Below are positions 41,525 through 55,016 of a DNA stretch of 64,000 nt, piece by piece. The translations under genes were made by a program, and so were the position numbers. The stretch spans positions 33,604,001 to 33,668,000 of the forward strand of contig NC_043015.1 in the NCBI RefSeq assembly GCF_006345805.1, in the 5' to 3' direction. Position 1 is the first letter of the stretch; each line of letters starts with the position of its first letter. The stretch is from Octopus sinensis. Taxonomy: Eukaryota. The notes below the pieces were generated by a model. That model did not search any database. It had not been told where the DNA came from and saw nothing but the letters and a program-made list of their open reading frames with translations.

Positions 41525-41735
41525 ACCAGCTCTAATTGATAAACCACACTGCTACATGTCAACATTGCTGTTCTCACTGATAAACCAAATAGCCACATGT
41601 TATGATGGATACTCCAATGGATAAACCACTCACTACCACATATAAACACAGCTGTTTCAACTGATAACACCCCACCCCTACCCATGTTAACATAGATGTT
41701 CTAATAGCTAAAGCATCCACTACATGTTAACATAT
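41525..41735. repeat. Degenerate minisatellite, about 43-bp unit, about 5 copies (ctNactgataaacca...ccacatgttaacat.gctgtt)
   Basis: Direct inspection. Confidence 0.7.
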
Positions 41736-42221
41736 TGAAATAAATGTAAAACAGTGAAAAGAGAAAACGTCTGTTTTTTGCTCGAGAAAGATCTGGAAAC
41801 AATGGCTAGGATTGCAATATTTTAATGATTAACGAAAACTGATTGGACACAGAGTAGAACAAAGATCTGCCGAAAGACCAAGGAGATCACAAAATCTTGA
41901 GATACACAAACAACTCCTTTTTTGGAATCCCAACATGGTGGAAAGAAATAACAACTGACTTATCCTCAAATCATGAGGTTTCACAAGAAGCCACATTATG
42001 TAGTCCTGAATATAAAATACATGAGAAAAGGACATGTTGGTCATGGATGGAACTTGTCTGATTATCAATTTGCTGGGTCCAGAGCTGACCTGAAGCTAAA
42101 CACCAACACATGGCTACAATGACCAATTACATGGACTGATATTTAGAAGTATTGATAATTAAACTGGCAATATGAAGGAACTTAAAGCTGATAAAACCTT
42201 AGGCCACCATTTATTATGTAG

Positions 42222-42317
42222 AGCCTGGTGCAGCCATCTGGTTCACCAGCCCTCAGTCAAAATCGTCCAATCCATGCTAGCATGGAAAGCGGACATTAAA
42301 CGATGATGATGATGATT
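42222..42317 (+). mobile_element. RTE 3'-terminal fragment with (GAT)n tail
   Basis: ccatgctagcatggaaagcggacattaaacgatgatgat. Confidence 0.85.
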
Positions 42318-44448
42318 TCAGTTGAGATTTGCTCTTAAATACAAATACTTTATTAAAATTGGTTAGTGATGGGTCCGTATGATGGAAGAAAAGTTGATCA
42401 CAGTTGATAGTTATTTGAAGGGTTGAACAAGATGAATACACATCAAGTGAAGAGGTAGGGTAGTGTTTAAGTAGTCCTTTTGTAATCAAGTTGATAAGTG
42501 GACCCTTATGGTTTCTTTGATAAGTGCTTATGTTGTGATCAGATTTTGGCAGGTGCTCTATAGATAGGCTATCTGTTTATTATTTTATGTCATCAACCAA
42601 CATGAGTTCCCACAACCTGCATGACCTCCCATTCTGACCCACCACCACCACTGCAAACATGGCTTCCTATGTCAATAGTTGCCTGAGACGGTACCAAGTA
42701 TAAAAGTCTCGTTTAAAAATTGCTGATGGAAAATAAAGTTTGTAAGTTAATATAAATGTCCCTTAGCACCAACTGATTTCTAAGGAGCAGAGTTTAGCAC
42801 CAGTTTTATGGTATTAAAATGATAGAAGTAAAATCTTTCTACTCATAATAGGTTGCCAGCCTGAGATGATTTCTCAAAAGAAATGCTAACTATTCCTCCT
42901 CAGTTCATGTTCCACTTCACAAATACACATATATGAGATACCAACATTATATTTGAACTCATAACAACAAAATGACATTTGATTTCAACCATGAAGATGT
43001 ATAAAGGAGATGCTCAAACATGTGGCCAGACTGCTACAGAAACAAATGCTATAATTTATTTATCAGTAGTGAAATGGGGTAGTTTTAGTATTAAAATGTA
43101 TATATGAGATCTTGAGACATAGTGAAACTGATTAATAGACACCATTGATGGTAAGATTGGGTTCCACTGGAGAAGTTGATGTATTTCATTATGCTATTGT
43201 TTCATACCAAAGATCAAGCAAACCCACAAAACAGTTCTATATTGTCCAATAATGCCTTCTTGTTTTAAGATGGTAGAGGGTCATTTGAGCAAATTTGCTT
43301 ACTTTTCCTGGCAGAGTAAGCAACCATGTAGAGACCTCCTCACTGGTTCATGGGTGAGGAATAGTGTACTGAAACTAGAAGTGTAGTAGACTTTGCTATT
43401 TCTGCAGATTTCTTAACAGAGATGTATGCACCTGCATCTCTAGCAATACAAATGTTGCACCTTGTGTTGTTGCATGACGAATCAAACACAGCACTAAGCC
43501 ATATTCTCTCATCTGTTATGTTCACCATAGAGTCACCATCACAGACAGGTTATGGACCATCAGGTATAACTGGGATGAGAAATTTTAAAATTAAAACTAA
43601 CCTTTACTACTACAACCACTACTGTCATCATTACCATGACTACCACTAGTGGCATCACCATGATTGTCCCCACTCTATCACTATCATTACCACAACTGAC
43701 ACCAAGACCACAACCACCACCACCACAACAACTAATTTTCCAATAATTGCAGACAGTTGTGGATTAAGAGTTTGACAGGCAGCAAAACCAAATTCAGTGG
43801 ATTATTGAAGACGCTAATACCCGAGAGATAATAAGAGAAGAAATGTCAAGAGAAAGGCATAATTTATTGGTGACAGCCAAGTTTCAAGAAAAGTCTGCAG
43901 ATGGTAATTAAATGGTGAATATCAAAATATGATAAATGGCTTTGAGAATCAATAAAGAACAGAAGAAAATAATGGAGTGAGGCTAGATCAGGTGACTAAA
44001 AGTTATTTCCACGCTGAGAAGAAATATAAATGGACAAATATATAAATGCTGAGAAGTAGGGAAAAATACCTCAAAGAAATGATTCAAGGATGAAACACTA
44101 ATCTCAGAAATATTGAAGAATAAATATTATTGAGTTAAGATTAAAGAATAATTGATATTCATAACAATTGTTGGTTTTCTTTGAAAGGAATCTGCTAAGA
44201 ATGCACTCACCAAAATTATAACAGAATCTAAGAAATAGGTTTTGATACACAACATCATAAAATGTTCCTGCTTTAACAACGATTTATTTTCATTTACCAA
44301 AAGAATCACCATCCAACGACTCTTTAGATTTATGTAATATATTATATTGTCCATAAAATAAAGTACCAATCAGATGTTGGGGGTCTATTACTCTGTTTGG
44401 AACTGTGTCTAAGTTAGAAATTATTATTATTATTATTATTATTATTAA

Positions 44449-45250
44449 AGCAGTGAGCTGGCAGAATTGTTAGCATGCCAGACAAAATGCTTAGAATTTC
44501 ATACATTACATTCCGAGTTCAAATTCTGTCACGGTCAACTTTGTCTTTCATTCTTTCAAGGTTGATAAATTAAGTAACAGTCAAGTACTGTGGTTAATGT
44601 AATCAACTAGTCCCTCTCCCAAAATTTCAGAACTTGTGCCTATAGTACAAATGATTATTATTATTAATATTATAAGGCAGTGAGCTGGCAGAATTGTTAG
44701 CACACTGGCCAAAATGCTTATTGAAATTTTGCCTGTTGCTACGTTCTGAGTTCAAATCCTGCCAAGGTCAACTTTGCTTTTTATCTTTTGTGGGTTGATG
44801 AAATAAGTACCAGTTGCGTACTGGGGTCAATATGATTGACTAGTCCCCTCCTCCAAAATTTCAGGCCTTGAGCTAAGGATTATTATTACTATTAAGGTGT
44901 TGGGTTAGCAGGATCATTAGGGTAGTGAACTTGCAGTATTTTAGCTATGGCTCTACGTTCCAGTTCAAAGCCACCACCCTCTAAAGTCATGGCCTTGTGT
45001 ATCTATGTTAGAAGCCAAATCATGCTTGTCTGTACCAACTGACCCTTAGGTATCTATAGTGAAATCAGTTCTTTTGAAAATATTCTCTGGTCTGAGGATA
45101 TTTTTCTCCTTTCTAAATACCAGAGACCCTAGAAAAAGGTCACATATTGTCCTTCTTCCTGCTACTATATTATTGAAAATTATTATTATTATTATTATTA
45201 TTATGAAGAAGGCGGTGAGTTGGCAGAATCCTTAGCATGCTGGACAACAC
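44449..45250 (+). mobile_element. Chain of SINE family A copies (44449-44655, 44675-44878, partial 44895-45015, head at 45210), each preceded by (ATT)n
   Basis: Repeated gcagtgagctggcagaattgttagc heads. Confidence 0.88.
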
Positions 45251-45746
45251 TGATCCTGCTCCACCAATCCCCTTATCTGATGAACAAATCTACAGTCATT
45301 ATTCTAATAAGCTGTGTCCTTTCTTGGGATCATTTACCACCACTACACCTATGTTTGCTCTTCTCACCTTATTCGCTGTTACTGCTGCCACTACTAGACC
45401 ATTTTCACCTGTAATTTGGTCAACTCACTTCATAACTACTCTTCCTCCTCCTCCTTTCAGTACCCCTACATTGTATCCCATTTTGCACATAGCCCAATTC
45501 TTCTCCCAGCCCTACAACTCCTTAACCCCACCCCCACCCAACACTTTCTGCCCTTGCTCTCTCTCTCTCTCCTTCTCTCTCTTCATGTTATCCCAAATTT
45601 CTAGAACACCATTTCTTCAAAAATACAACCTGAACATTAATATGTGTAAACATGTCTAACAGTAGAATGGGTTATGATGTTAATGATGATGATACTTTAT
45701 TTCACTATCAATAACACACCAGGGAATAGATTTCAGTTTGAATAGA

Positions 45747-45779
<33 letters not shown>

Positions 45780-45874
45780 AAAAGTGTACTGGTAGAGATG
45801 ACATGTCACCAAAATATTTGAGCTCAGTAAACAGCCCCACACCTATATTACACAGTTTGAAAATAACCATTATA

Positions 45875-46122
45875 CAAGGTTGGCCAAAAGTCACCTGACA
45901 GTAAATTAATCTATTTAAGTCCAAGATTTATATATGCTTAACAACTGAATGAGACTTTGCTAATAAACAGACAAATGTTGAAAAAAAAACAGTAATTTTT
46001 AACTCACAGCATTCAATTATTAAACATTCATAATTGGAATGAATAAATAAAATCGAAGTATTTATGGAATTTTGATTTACTGTCGGGTGACTTTTGTATA
46101 ACTGTAAAACTGGATAACCCTG
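45875..46122. mobile_element. Tc1/mariner-type MITE (about 250 bp) with TA target sites
   Basis: Left TIR caaggttggccaaaagtcacctgacagtaaat; right TIR atttactgtcgggtgacttttg[about 15-nt insert]ggataaccctg; TA on both sides. Confidence 0.8.
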
Positions 46123-46321
46123 TATAACTGGATAACCTAGTGAGCAGAATCCAAGCCGTGCTACAAAGAAATTTAAAAAATGCAGAAAAATCCACTGATA
46201 TTTTCAAGCTTTATTTAACATATGCACATTTTTTTGAAAGCCAAATGTTGTTCCATAAGGTGACCGATGCTGATGCGCATTGGCTATTTAAAGATTAAAA
46301 ATACCAGTTGCATTTTCTGCA

Positions 46322-46370
<49 letters not shown>

Positions 46371-47087
46371 CACACACACACTCAAAGTGTATAAAACTCA
46401 TTTAAGTATTCATTCCCTCTATGTTAGGGTATATAATGAATTTATCTCAGGATGTGTGTCAGTTTGCCTGTATGATTTTAAGATACAACTTACAGATGCT
46501 CTGGGATGTAAGACGAAAAATGATCCTTTCAACACCAGACCCCTAGCTAACTGATCTAGCAAGCATTTATCAAGCCCTGGCTTACATCCCAGTAAGCAGT
46601 GAGCCCACCGGGGCTGCCTTCTTTATCCAAACTATCTAGTGGCTTTCTCTATGGCCTGCACCACTGACTCTAAGCTTACTAAGAGCTCTGCAAAATGATT
46701 GCCCAACAAACTTTCAGTAACCTACTTAAACTGACTCAAAGTAACTCCACCAGCCTCAATTTCTACTCTGCTCTACCAGCTTCTGGTATTTGGTGTACTA
46801 TTCCACACGAGCCTCCTCTATGTGTGTTCTTTCCAAGGTACAGTTGGCTCCTACATGATAGCCATCTTCATAGAATTTGAGATGAAGATCATGTGTGGGC
46901 AAAGTGTTGTTGGTATGATGTGTTTTTGAGAATTTTAAATGTTTAACAAAATCCACTCTCAGTTACCATATTGGGGCTGTAGAAAGTGGGCAAGAGGTGT
47001 CTGTAATAACAAAAGTCACCATCTGCTGGACACTTGACATTACCAAAAATTTAGCAACTAAACACACATACACACACAATGATAGGA

Positions 47088-47280
47088 GTATGCATGGTTG
47101 TGTGGTTAAGAGGGTCACTTTGTAACCATGTAGGTCTGAGTTCAGTCCCTACTGTGCAGTGCTTTGAACAAATGTCTTCTACATCCCCAGGGTGACTATT
47201 GCCTTGAGAGGATTTGGTCTATAGAAACTGAAAGAAGCCTGTCATGTGTGTGAATGTGTACACATCTGTATGTGCATGTA
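47088..47280 (+). mobile_element. 5' half of SINE family B
   Basis: Head through gaaactgaaagaagcc and (TG)n. Confidence 0.75.
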
Positions 47281-47669
47281 TGTCACTGTAAAGGATTAGA
47301 CTCCATACTGAGTTATGGTTACAAACAGTAATGCCACCATTTATGACTTGGCTGCAACAGGAGATGGTTGTGGACATTACCGTCAACTAAGCTGTCCATT
47401 AGCTCTGCACTTTCAAATTACTCTGCAATAAAAGAAACCTCTTAGTTAAGGATTGGCAATGAGGAAAGTATGTGGCCATAAACATCTTGCCTTAAATACT
47501 TTCCCATGAAAGCCATGCTAACATGTGTGTTGTATGAGGGAGATTTAGCTGCTATTTGTCACAGTGACACAGAGGTGGCCTCATTGGTTTTGTGAATACA
47601 CAATGTTAAATGTGTGTGTGTGTGGATGTATGTCCTTTAGTTTGTGATACTCTGATGATCATAACCATG

Positions 47670-47707
<38 letters not shown>

Positions 47708-50700
47708 ATATGTATTTCGGTACAGAATGAAAGAAAGCTGTGATCCAATGAATTGATGCCAAGATGTGAACACAATGTTAAGATGAAGATGATGTTGATG
47801 TACATGTATATGCACATTATGTGTAAATATATGTATGCATATATATCTGGGTGCATATGTGCGTGTGCTTGTATATACTGCTGTGTTCGGGTGTTTGTTG
47901 CTGCTGTGTATGCATATACTATAATTATCAATTAATTACATATTAATGTGATGTGTATATGTTTTGTATGTATATGTGGTAGTGCAAATGTATACGTGCA
48001 TTTGTGCAAAAAGAGATTGAGTGTAAGGGTGAGTGTGTATGTTTGTGTATGTGAGTTAAGAATGTGTGTACATATATATATATATGTAAGAGCATGTGCG
48101 TACATGCAAGTGTGTGTGTTTGTGAGTGTGTATGTGTGTGTGCAGGCCAAATACAGATCAGCCATAGACACTAACTAACAGCAAAATGAGTTACTTCTAA
48201 AACAGGCAACAGCCAATACTTTGATACCAAAACTTCTTGAAGGCAGTTTCAAAATTGGGAAACACATCATTCTTTGTTTCCACACACACACATACACACA
48301 CAGACAGGTATATAAGAACTGAAGAAATTAGGAAAGCCATATATATATATCAAGCCAAAAGCATGTTCAACCAACAAGAACTAGAAATTATAAAAAAAAA
48401 AAAGAAAGCTATGTGAGAAGCAGCAGATCAGACCTTTGTTTTTTTTGTTTTACTTTCCTTTTTTTCTTTTCTTTTTTTTTGTTTATTTTGTAAGTGTGCA
48501 GTTGTTGCTATCGTTAATCATTAGGTGATTGAGTTTAGAAATGTCTCAGGTCTCAGGCAGTTGTTCTGGAGTGGGAAACCAGAAATGTGAAGAATCAAAA
48601 AATTTGTGAGGTGCTGGTCTGACTAACAGAGTGATATGTAAACGAAAAGTAGATAAAATAATGATAATAATAATAAAAATAATAATAATAATCCAACAAA
48701 AAATAATTTTTTTTTCAAACAAAATGAAATTCCAACAAGAATATCAACAGAGTACTGCACCAAGAATAAACTCAGAGAGAATCAGTTAAAAAACATAACA
48801 AAATTCCTAACAAAATCCATATATATATATATATTACACACACAAAGTATGTATTTATCTGTATATCTGCTATACACTAGGAACTGTAATTAATTACTGG
48901 TATTAATGAGGAGAAACCAAGAGATATTTCAATGAGTAGAAAGAGGAAAATGTTTTAAGATTTGTCAGCAAAGAATGTTTGTGTGTTGACAAGAAGAACT
49001 AACTAAAGGACATCTTATAAATATCTTATTGTTGCTAATAACGCTCTATAGTTTACCATTTGGTTTCGGTGCCAAGTATCTAACTATAGCATAACATTTC
49101 AGACCATTAAACAACCCATTAAAATTACTTTAGCCATTAAAATAACCAGCAGGAAGGAAAACCATTAGGTAACATTAAGCAGGGGTTTTTTTGTTTCTTT
49201 TATTTTATGTTTTTTTGCATTTGATTGCTGTTTGAGATTCTTTTTTTCTTTTTTTCCTTTTTTGACACAACTAAACTTCATTAAGTTGAATGGGGAAAAA
49301 TATTCGCAGGTTTATTTCTTTAGAATTAATTTTTGGTACAGAATTCTGTGGATACATTGTAAAAACTCTAGCTACAAGCATGACAAACTCAACCAAGACC
49401 ATATGAAAAAGAAAGAAGTCTGAAGGAAAACATACCGATTCTGAGAAAATAAAAAGGCACGAGTTACTAGTGTGAGGGTGTAGCAGAATAAAAAAAACGG
49501 AGAGGTACCAGTGAAGTGTTGCTACTTAGGTAACTGAGGTGAAGAAGAGAATCGAAGGCAGGAAGTTGATAAATGTCCAGGAATCAGCACCAGAGGAGAG
49601 CAATTTCTCATGTTGTCTGCTAAAATAGCTACAAAAACTCAAAATGGCTCCTAGCTGTACAGAGTCACTTGAAAAATGAGACACCTCAGTGAACATAAGG
49701 TTTCCATATACAGCAAGAAATAGAGAGTCAATGACATACAATCACCAGACATACAAAATTTGTAAAATATATTAAATAATATATAAAAAAAAAAAAATAC
49801 AAAGTATGAAGAACATAAGTGAGTCTGAGATGGCAAATATAGGATTTCACTATAACAAAATATTAGATTTTAGAAAGTAGATTTGGAGTATCGCAATAAT
49901 TTATAACATTCAGGTTGTTGTGCAAGTATATACGCATTATAAATTAACACTGAAATCAACAGATATTCATTTGAGAAAATTAGAAGTGCTGAGATTTGAT
50001 ACATTTACATGTGTATGTGAATGTGTGTTTGTGTGTGTTTATATGTGTGTGTGTGTGTGCATTAGCTACACACACACACACATATATATATAATTTATAC
50101 ACCACTTATACTGAAGTTCTTTAAAATTATCACAGCATGATAAATGGGTGTCATTTCAAATATTAATCCAGCTGACCATTATTTATACAGAAACTTAAGC
50201 AACAGAATTATAGCTAAATACAGATAAAACCATTTTAAAAACAAAACAATCAAATTGGTTTTAAGAAAAAGGCAAAAATATTAAAAATTGCATCCATATA
50301 AAAGATAAACACTTTGATCTTTGTTTCACAAGTTTCATTGTTTTTAACCATAATTGGTGAATAATTACAGAATTGTTCAAACATATTTGATAAGGAATCT
50401 TGAAATTGTAAAAAAAAATTTCTTTTCACATCAGGAGGGATTTAGCAGATTTTTGTATTAGTTTTAATCTAATTCAAACCCAAAACCAGAGTGAAAAAAA
50501 AAATAAATAAATAATGGTAATACATAAATAAATATAAACCATTTTCAAAAGAATTTCAAAATCAAGTCTATATACATAATATATCCAACACATCAAATAG
50601 ATAAATACAACTTATTTAAAATACACACACACACACACACACACACACATGCATTATGTGTGTGTATGTGTGTGCGTGTACAGATAAATTTATAGGCATG

Positions 50701-50805
50701 CAGTGAAAAAAGCTCAACTTCTGATGGTTGGATGTTAGTTTCAGGCAGGAGACATTGCTATTTCCGTCAATTTATTTGTAGACACTAACAAACATGTATT
50801 AAACC

Positions 50806-50898
50806 CTATAAGTAAAGGCTGTGTCTGATAGAAACTCTTGAAGGTGGCAGAGGTGGAGACAGTGGACTTCTGCCCAAAGACTGGTCATAGTTCAATAA
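50806..50898 (-). CDS. Candidate alternative terminal exon of dlg1: LLNYDQSLGRSPLSPPLPPSRVSIRHSLYL*
   Basis: Strong acceptor tttttttcttcattctttttctgatttcag, phase-0 frame open for 30 codons then TAG, AATAAA about 30 nt downstream (50771-50776). No homology support. Confidence 0.35.
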   Translation of the reverse strand, partial: LLNYDQSLGRSPLSPPLPPSRVSIRHSLYL

Positions 50899-52263
50899 CT
50901 GAAATCAGAAAAAGAATGAAGAAAAAAACCTCAAAAAAACAAAATAATTTTTTGAAAGCTCTGAAACAATGACTATTTTTTCCCATTACACCTTTGTAAG
51001 TGAGGCAAGAACAAACTTGGTCTGTTCTTGTGATATAAGTAATATCAAGTCCATGTTGTGGTTGCTGGCATTTAACTCTCATCAAGCAGGCTTATTCATT
51101 AAATTTGTTCTAGCCATGACCATCCTGAATGTTTGTATATCTACAATTACACTGTCCAGTTTCTTTTATTTACGATGGTATGATTTGAGGAAGATTTAGC
51201 AGTTATTTCTAACACCTCAAGCAACCACAGGGAGGGTCTTTGAGCAGCAGGAATATTCAAATAGAAATGATTGAGACATTTTCACAATTTGATGTCTGGG
51301 AGAGAGCAGGATTTCATTTGTTAGTGTCAATACTTTTCGGGGATCATAAAATAAAGTACCAGTCGAATACTGAGGTTTATAAGTCCCAACCAAAATGGAG
51401 GTTGATAAAAATAGAAATACTGGTCAAATACTGGATCTGATAAAATAAAGTACAAACCATGTATTGGAGGATGGAGGGGGGGGTGCATAACAACATGCCA
51501 GTTGCATAATGAATTACTCCACCTCATTCTCAGTAACATGATGATTTTAGCTAATGAACTTCACACCATTCCATAACTGGTGGCCCCTGTCATAATGGGG
51601 GGAAGAGGAGGAATAAAAAGTAATCTCCCAGCAGGGAGTTCATATTTATTCCAACCATCTTACTCAAGAAAGGCATTATTGTCACAAAACCTCAATTCTT
51701 GTACCTATAGAAATCTGTATAAGACACAATTACCAAACTGAGTTGTATGACTGTATATATTGCTGTATACATGCACAATGGCAGCTGTACAGCTGATATT
51801 ATACACACTCACAAGCACAAATACACACGTGCTTGCATAATCAGTATTTTACATAATATTCAAAGAATAAAATATGAAAAACAATCCATTCTGGTTTAAG
51901 ACAGTGAAGAATACAGAAGACAGCTTAAGTAAAGTAACTGCAAAAAGTGCTCAGCACATCATGAAAATAATGGCACACAGCTCATTGGATTATTAAAGCT
52001 AAAAGCTTTTACCAAAAATATTTGCAACCATTTGTCAACTTCAAAATAATACACCAGAAATTTAACGCTGACATACGCACGACAACTATATTGCCAGTTT
52101 AGAATTAACATGAATTCATACAGGTTGGCAGCTGCCACAAAGAGGAATGGTATTTACAGACAGCTATGAGACCTTGGTGACATCTCGGTTACTAAGTGAT
52201 CTCTTGCTCTCAGAAGATCACTTAATCTGAATTTCACACCCACATTCAGAACTGAAAGAAGAT

Positions 52264-52302
<39 letters not shown>

Positions 52303-52744
52303 CACACATATATAGCAATAGTTGTATATATCAATAGTTCTAGCAGCACTTTGTATAATGTAGTGGTCAAGTTCATGGAGCATAGCAGTCTATAGTGACA
52401 TGGGTAATGACATCTAACACATCTGTAGCCAGATTATGTCATAGATTAACACACACACAGAGCAAAGATAAGTCATCTATATAATACATCTGGCTATTTA
52501 TCTCCAGCCCTTAACTGGCCATTCTATGAACCATACAATCTGTAGTTTTATAAACATTATAAATGTTTACATCCTACAAATATAACTTCAACTTTTCCCA
52601 CCAACCTCTATGACTCTTACAAAATATCAAAAACACACAATATATATATACATATATATGCTAGCATGGGTGTTAAATGATGACGATTATATATATATAT
52701 ATATACTAACTATAGATACATGTACCCAATGAGTGAAGTTTACC

Positions 52745-53164
52745 GATCTATATTTTTGAGATGAGGAATTATTACATTATTTACAATGTCCTCACCTTGT
52801 TTGTTGTTACCACAATGTTTTGACTAATGTGCTCTCCAGCATTCATCAGGTGTTCTAGTGTAATTTCGGACGCCTTTGACTAATGGGGGTACTCTGTTCT
52901 CATTCCTAAGGTTTTTTTTTTGCTGACATTATTTTTTTCTGTTGATATTATTTCCCAAGTCCCTGCCTGGGACTTAATATCAACAGAAAAAAAAAAACAA
53001 CTGCAAAACAGAATACCTTAGGAATGAGAACAGAGTACTCCATTAGTCAAATAAAGGGTTGGGTTCGGAATTCTATCAGAACACCAGATGAAAGCTGGAA
53101 AGTACATCAACCAAAAAGTTGTGCTAATAACAAAGTGAGGACACTATCTGTCCATTGCAAATAA
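52745..53164. mobile_element. Palindromic Penelope-type non-autonomous element, copy 1
   Basis: Arms 52775-52963 and 52969-53166 are reverse complements. Flanked by the 11-bp direct repeat tgaagtttacc (52734-52744, 53165-53175); decayed CTGATGA...GAAAC motifs in the arms. Confidence 0.7.
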
Positions 53165-53768
53165 TGAAGTTTACCAGTACCAGTAACTCTAAGCTTGAGT
53201 ACTATATATTGGACCGCAGTGATTAGCTGGCATCAAAACCAATCTGGGAGATAATACAGTATCTGCCAGGATAACATCCCTTTTACACCCCGTACATATA
53301 TATATATAATATATATATATATACATACACACATATATAGCAATAGTTGTATATATCAATAGTTCTAGCAGCACTTTGTATAATGTAGTGGTCAAGTTCA
53401 TGGAGCATAGCAGTCTATAGTGACATGGGTAATGACATCTAACACATCTGTAGCCAGATTATGTCATAGATTAACACACACACAGAGCAAAGATAAGTCA
53501 TCTATATAATACATCTGGCTATTTATCTCCAGCCCTTAACTGGCCATTCTATGAACCATACAATCTGTAGTTTTATAAACATTATAAATGTTTACATCCT
53601 ACAAATATAACTTCAACTTTTCCCACCAACCTCTATGACTCTTACAAAATATCAAAAACACACAATATATATATACATATATATGCTAGCATGGGTGTTA
53701 AATGATGACGATTATAATATATATATATACTAACTATAGATACATGTACCCAATGAGTGAAGTTTACC

Positions 53769-54188
53769 GATCTATATTTTTGAGATGAGGAATTATTACA
53801 TTATTTACAATGTCCTCACCTTGTTTGTTGTTACCACAATGTTTTGACTAATGTGCTCTCCAGCATTCATCAGGTGTTCTAGTGTAATTTCGGACGCCTT
53901 TGACTAATGGGGGTACTCTGTTCTCATTCCTAAGGTTTTTTTTTTTGCTGACATTATTTTTTTCTGTTGATATTATTTCCCAAGTCCCTGCCTGGGACTT
54001 AATATCAACAGAAAAAAAAAAACAACTGCAAAACAGAATACCTTAGGAATGAGAACAGAGTACTCCATTAGTCAAATAAAGGTTGGGTTCGGAATTCTAT
54101 CAGAACACCAGATGAAAGCTGGAAAGTACATCAACCAAAAAGTTGTGCTAATAACAAAGTGAGGACACTATCTGTCCATTGCAAATAA
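53769..54188. mobile_element. Palindromic Penelope-type element, copy 2 (part of the tandem duplication)
   Basis: Same as copy 1; direct repeats at 53758-53768 and 54189-54199. Confidence 0.7.
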
Positions 54189-54673
54189 TGAAGTTTACCA
54201 GTACCAGTAACTCTAAGCTTGAGTACTATATATTGGACCGCAGTGATTAGCTGGCATCAAAACCAATCTGGGAGATAATACAGTATCTGCCAGGATAACA
54301 TCCCTTTTACACCCCGTACATATATATATATATATGTATGTATGCATATATGTAATACCTACATTAAATGTGTGTTTGTGTGTGCGCATATGGTTCTTTC
54401 TGTCTTTATATTGTATTCTTGCAGGTTGTTCCTTTGGTTGATGGAAAAATGTGAATGAGATTTAGGTGAGGTGTAGGTAGTTAGGGGAAGCAGATGTGTA
54501 GGAAGAAATGGGTTGAGAGAAAGGAGTGGAGAGAGTTATTCTGGCTTGATAGACACAGCATGCATGTAACTGGATATTGTTACTTAAATACAGCTAGACA
54601 GAGTCAGTTGCAGGTCTAGGACAAAGCCATTATACACAACCTGTAGCAGATCTAAGCCACAGAAAGTATAGAC

Positions 54674-55016
54674 CAGGGCTGGCCAACCTGAGGCCTGTAA
54701 GCCACATGTGGCCTGCAGACTTTTATCTTGAAGCCCGCTTGATACTTTCTTGAAATGTATTTATTTAAACAAACATTTTAATTAAAGCTTGTAATGAAAA
54801 GTAAAAAAGAAAGATTCTACTGTTTTTGCAACAATCATTGAAAATTTAAAAGTAGCAATAAAGCAATAGCCCACAATCTTATAATTTTAAACAAATGAAA
54901 AGCATGAAAAATTCTTGATTCTGTAATTCGACTATTAGTGCATAAAGTATACAAGTGGCCCTCAAAAACTTCATGATTAAAGCGTCCTGCAATGTAATTC
55001 GAGTTGGCCAGGCCTG
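54674..55016. mobile_element. hAT (Charlie-like) MITE, 343 bp
   Basis: TIRs cagggctggccaac / gttggccaggcctg, subterminal ggccc-type motifs, 8-bp TSD gtatagac / gtagagac. Confidence 0.88.

Larger units (their letters stand above)
52270..54335. repeat. Near-identical tandem duplication, period about 1024-1025 bp, with (TA)n at all junctions
   Basis: gcaatagttgt at 52315 and 53340; ccccgtac ending near 53295 and 54319. The differences I noticed are run-length indels. Confidence 0.97.

Noticed and set aside
41525-41735. Spaced repeats superficially like a CRISPR array
   Set aside because: Eukaryotic context, degenerate whole-unit tandem repeats without unique spacers, no cas genes.
49436-49440. 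Possible 5-nt microexon (ttttctcag|AATCG|gtatgt, minus strand)
   Set aside because: It would break the frame between two phase-0 exons; no supporting evidence.
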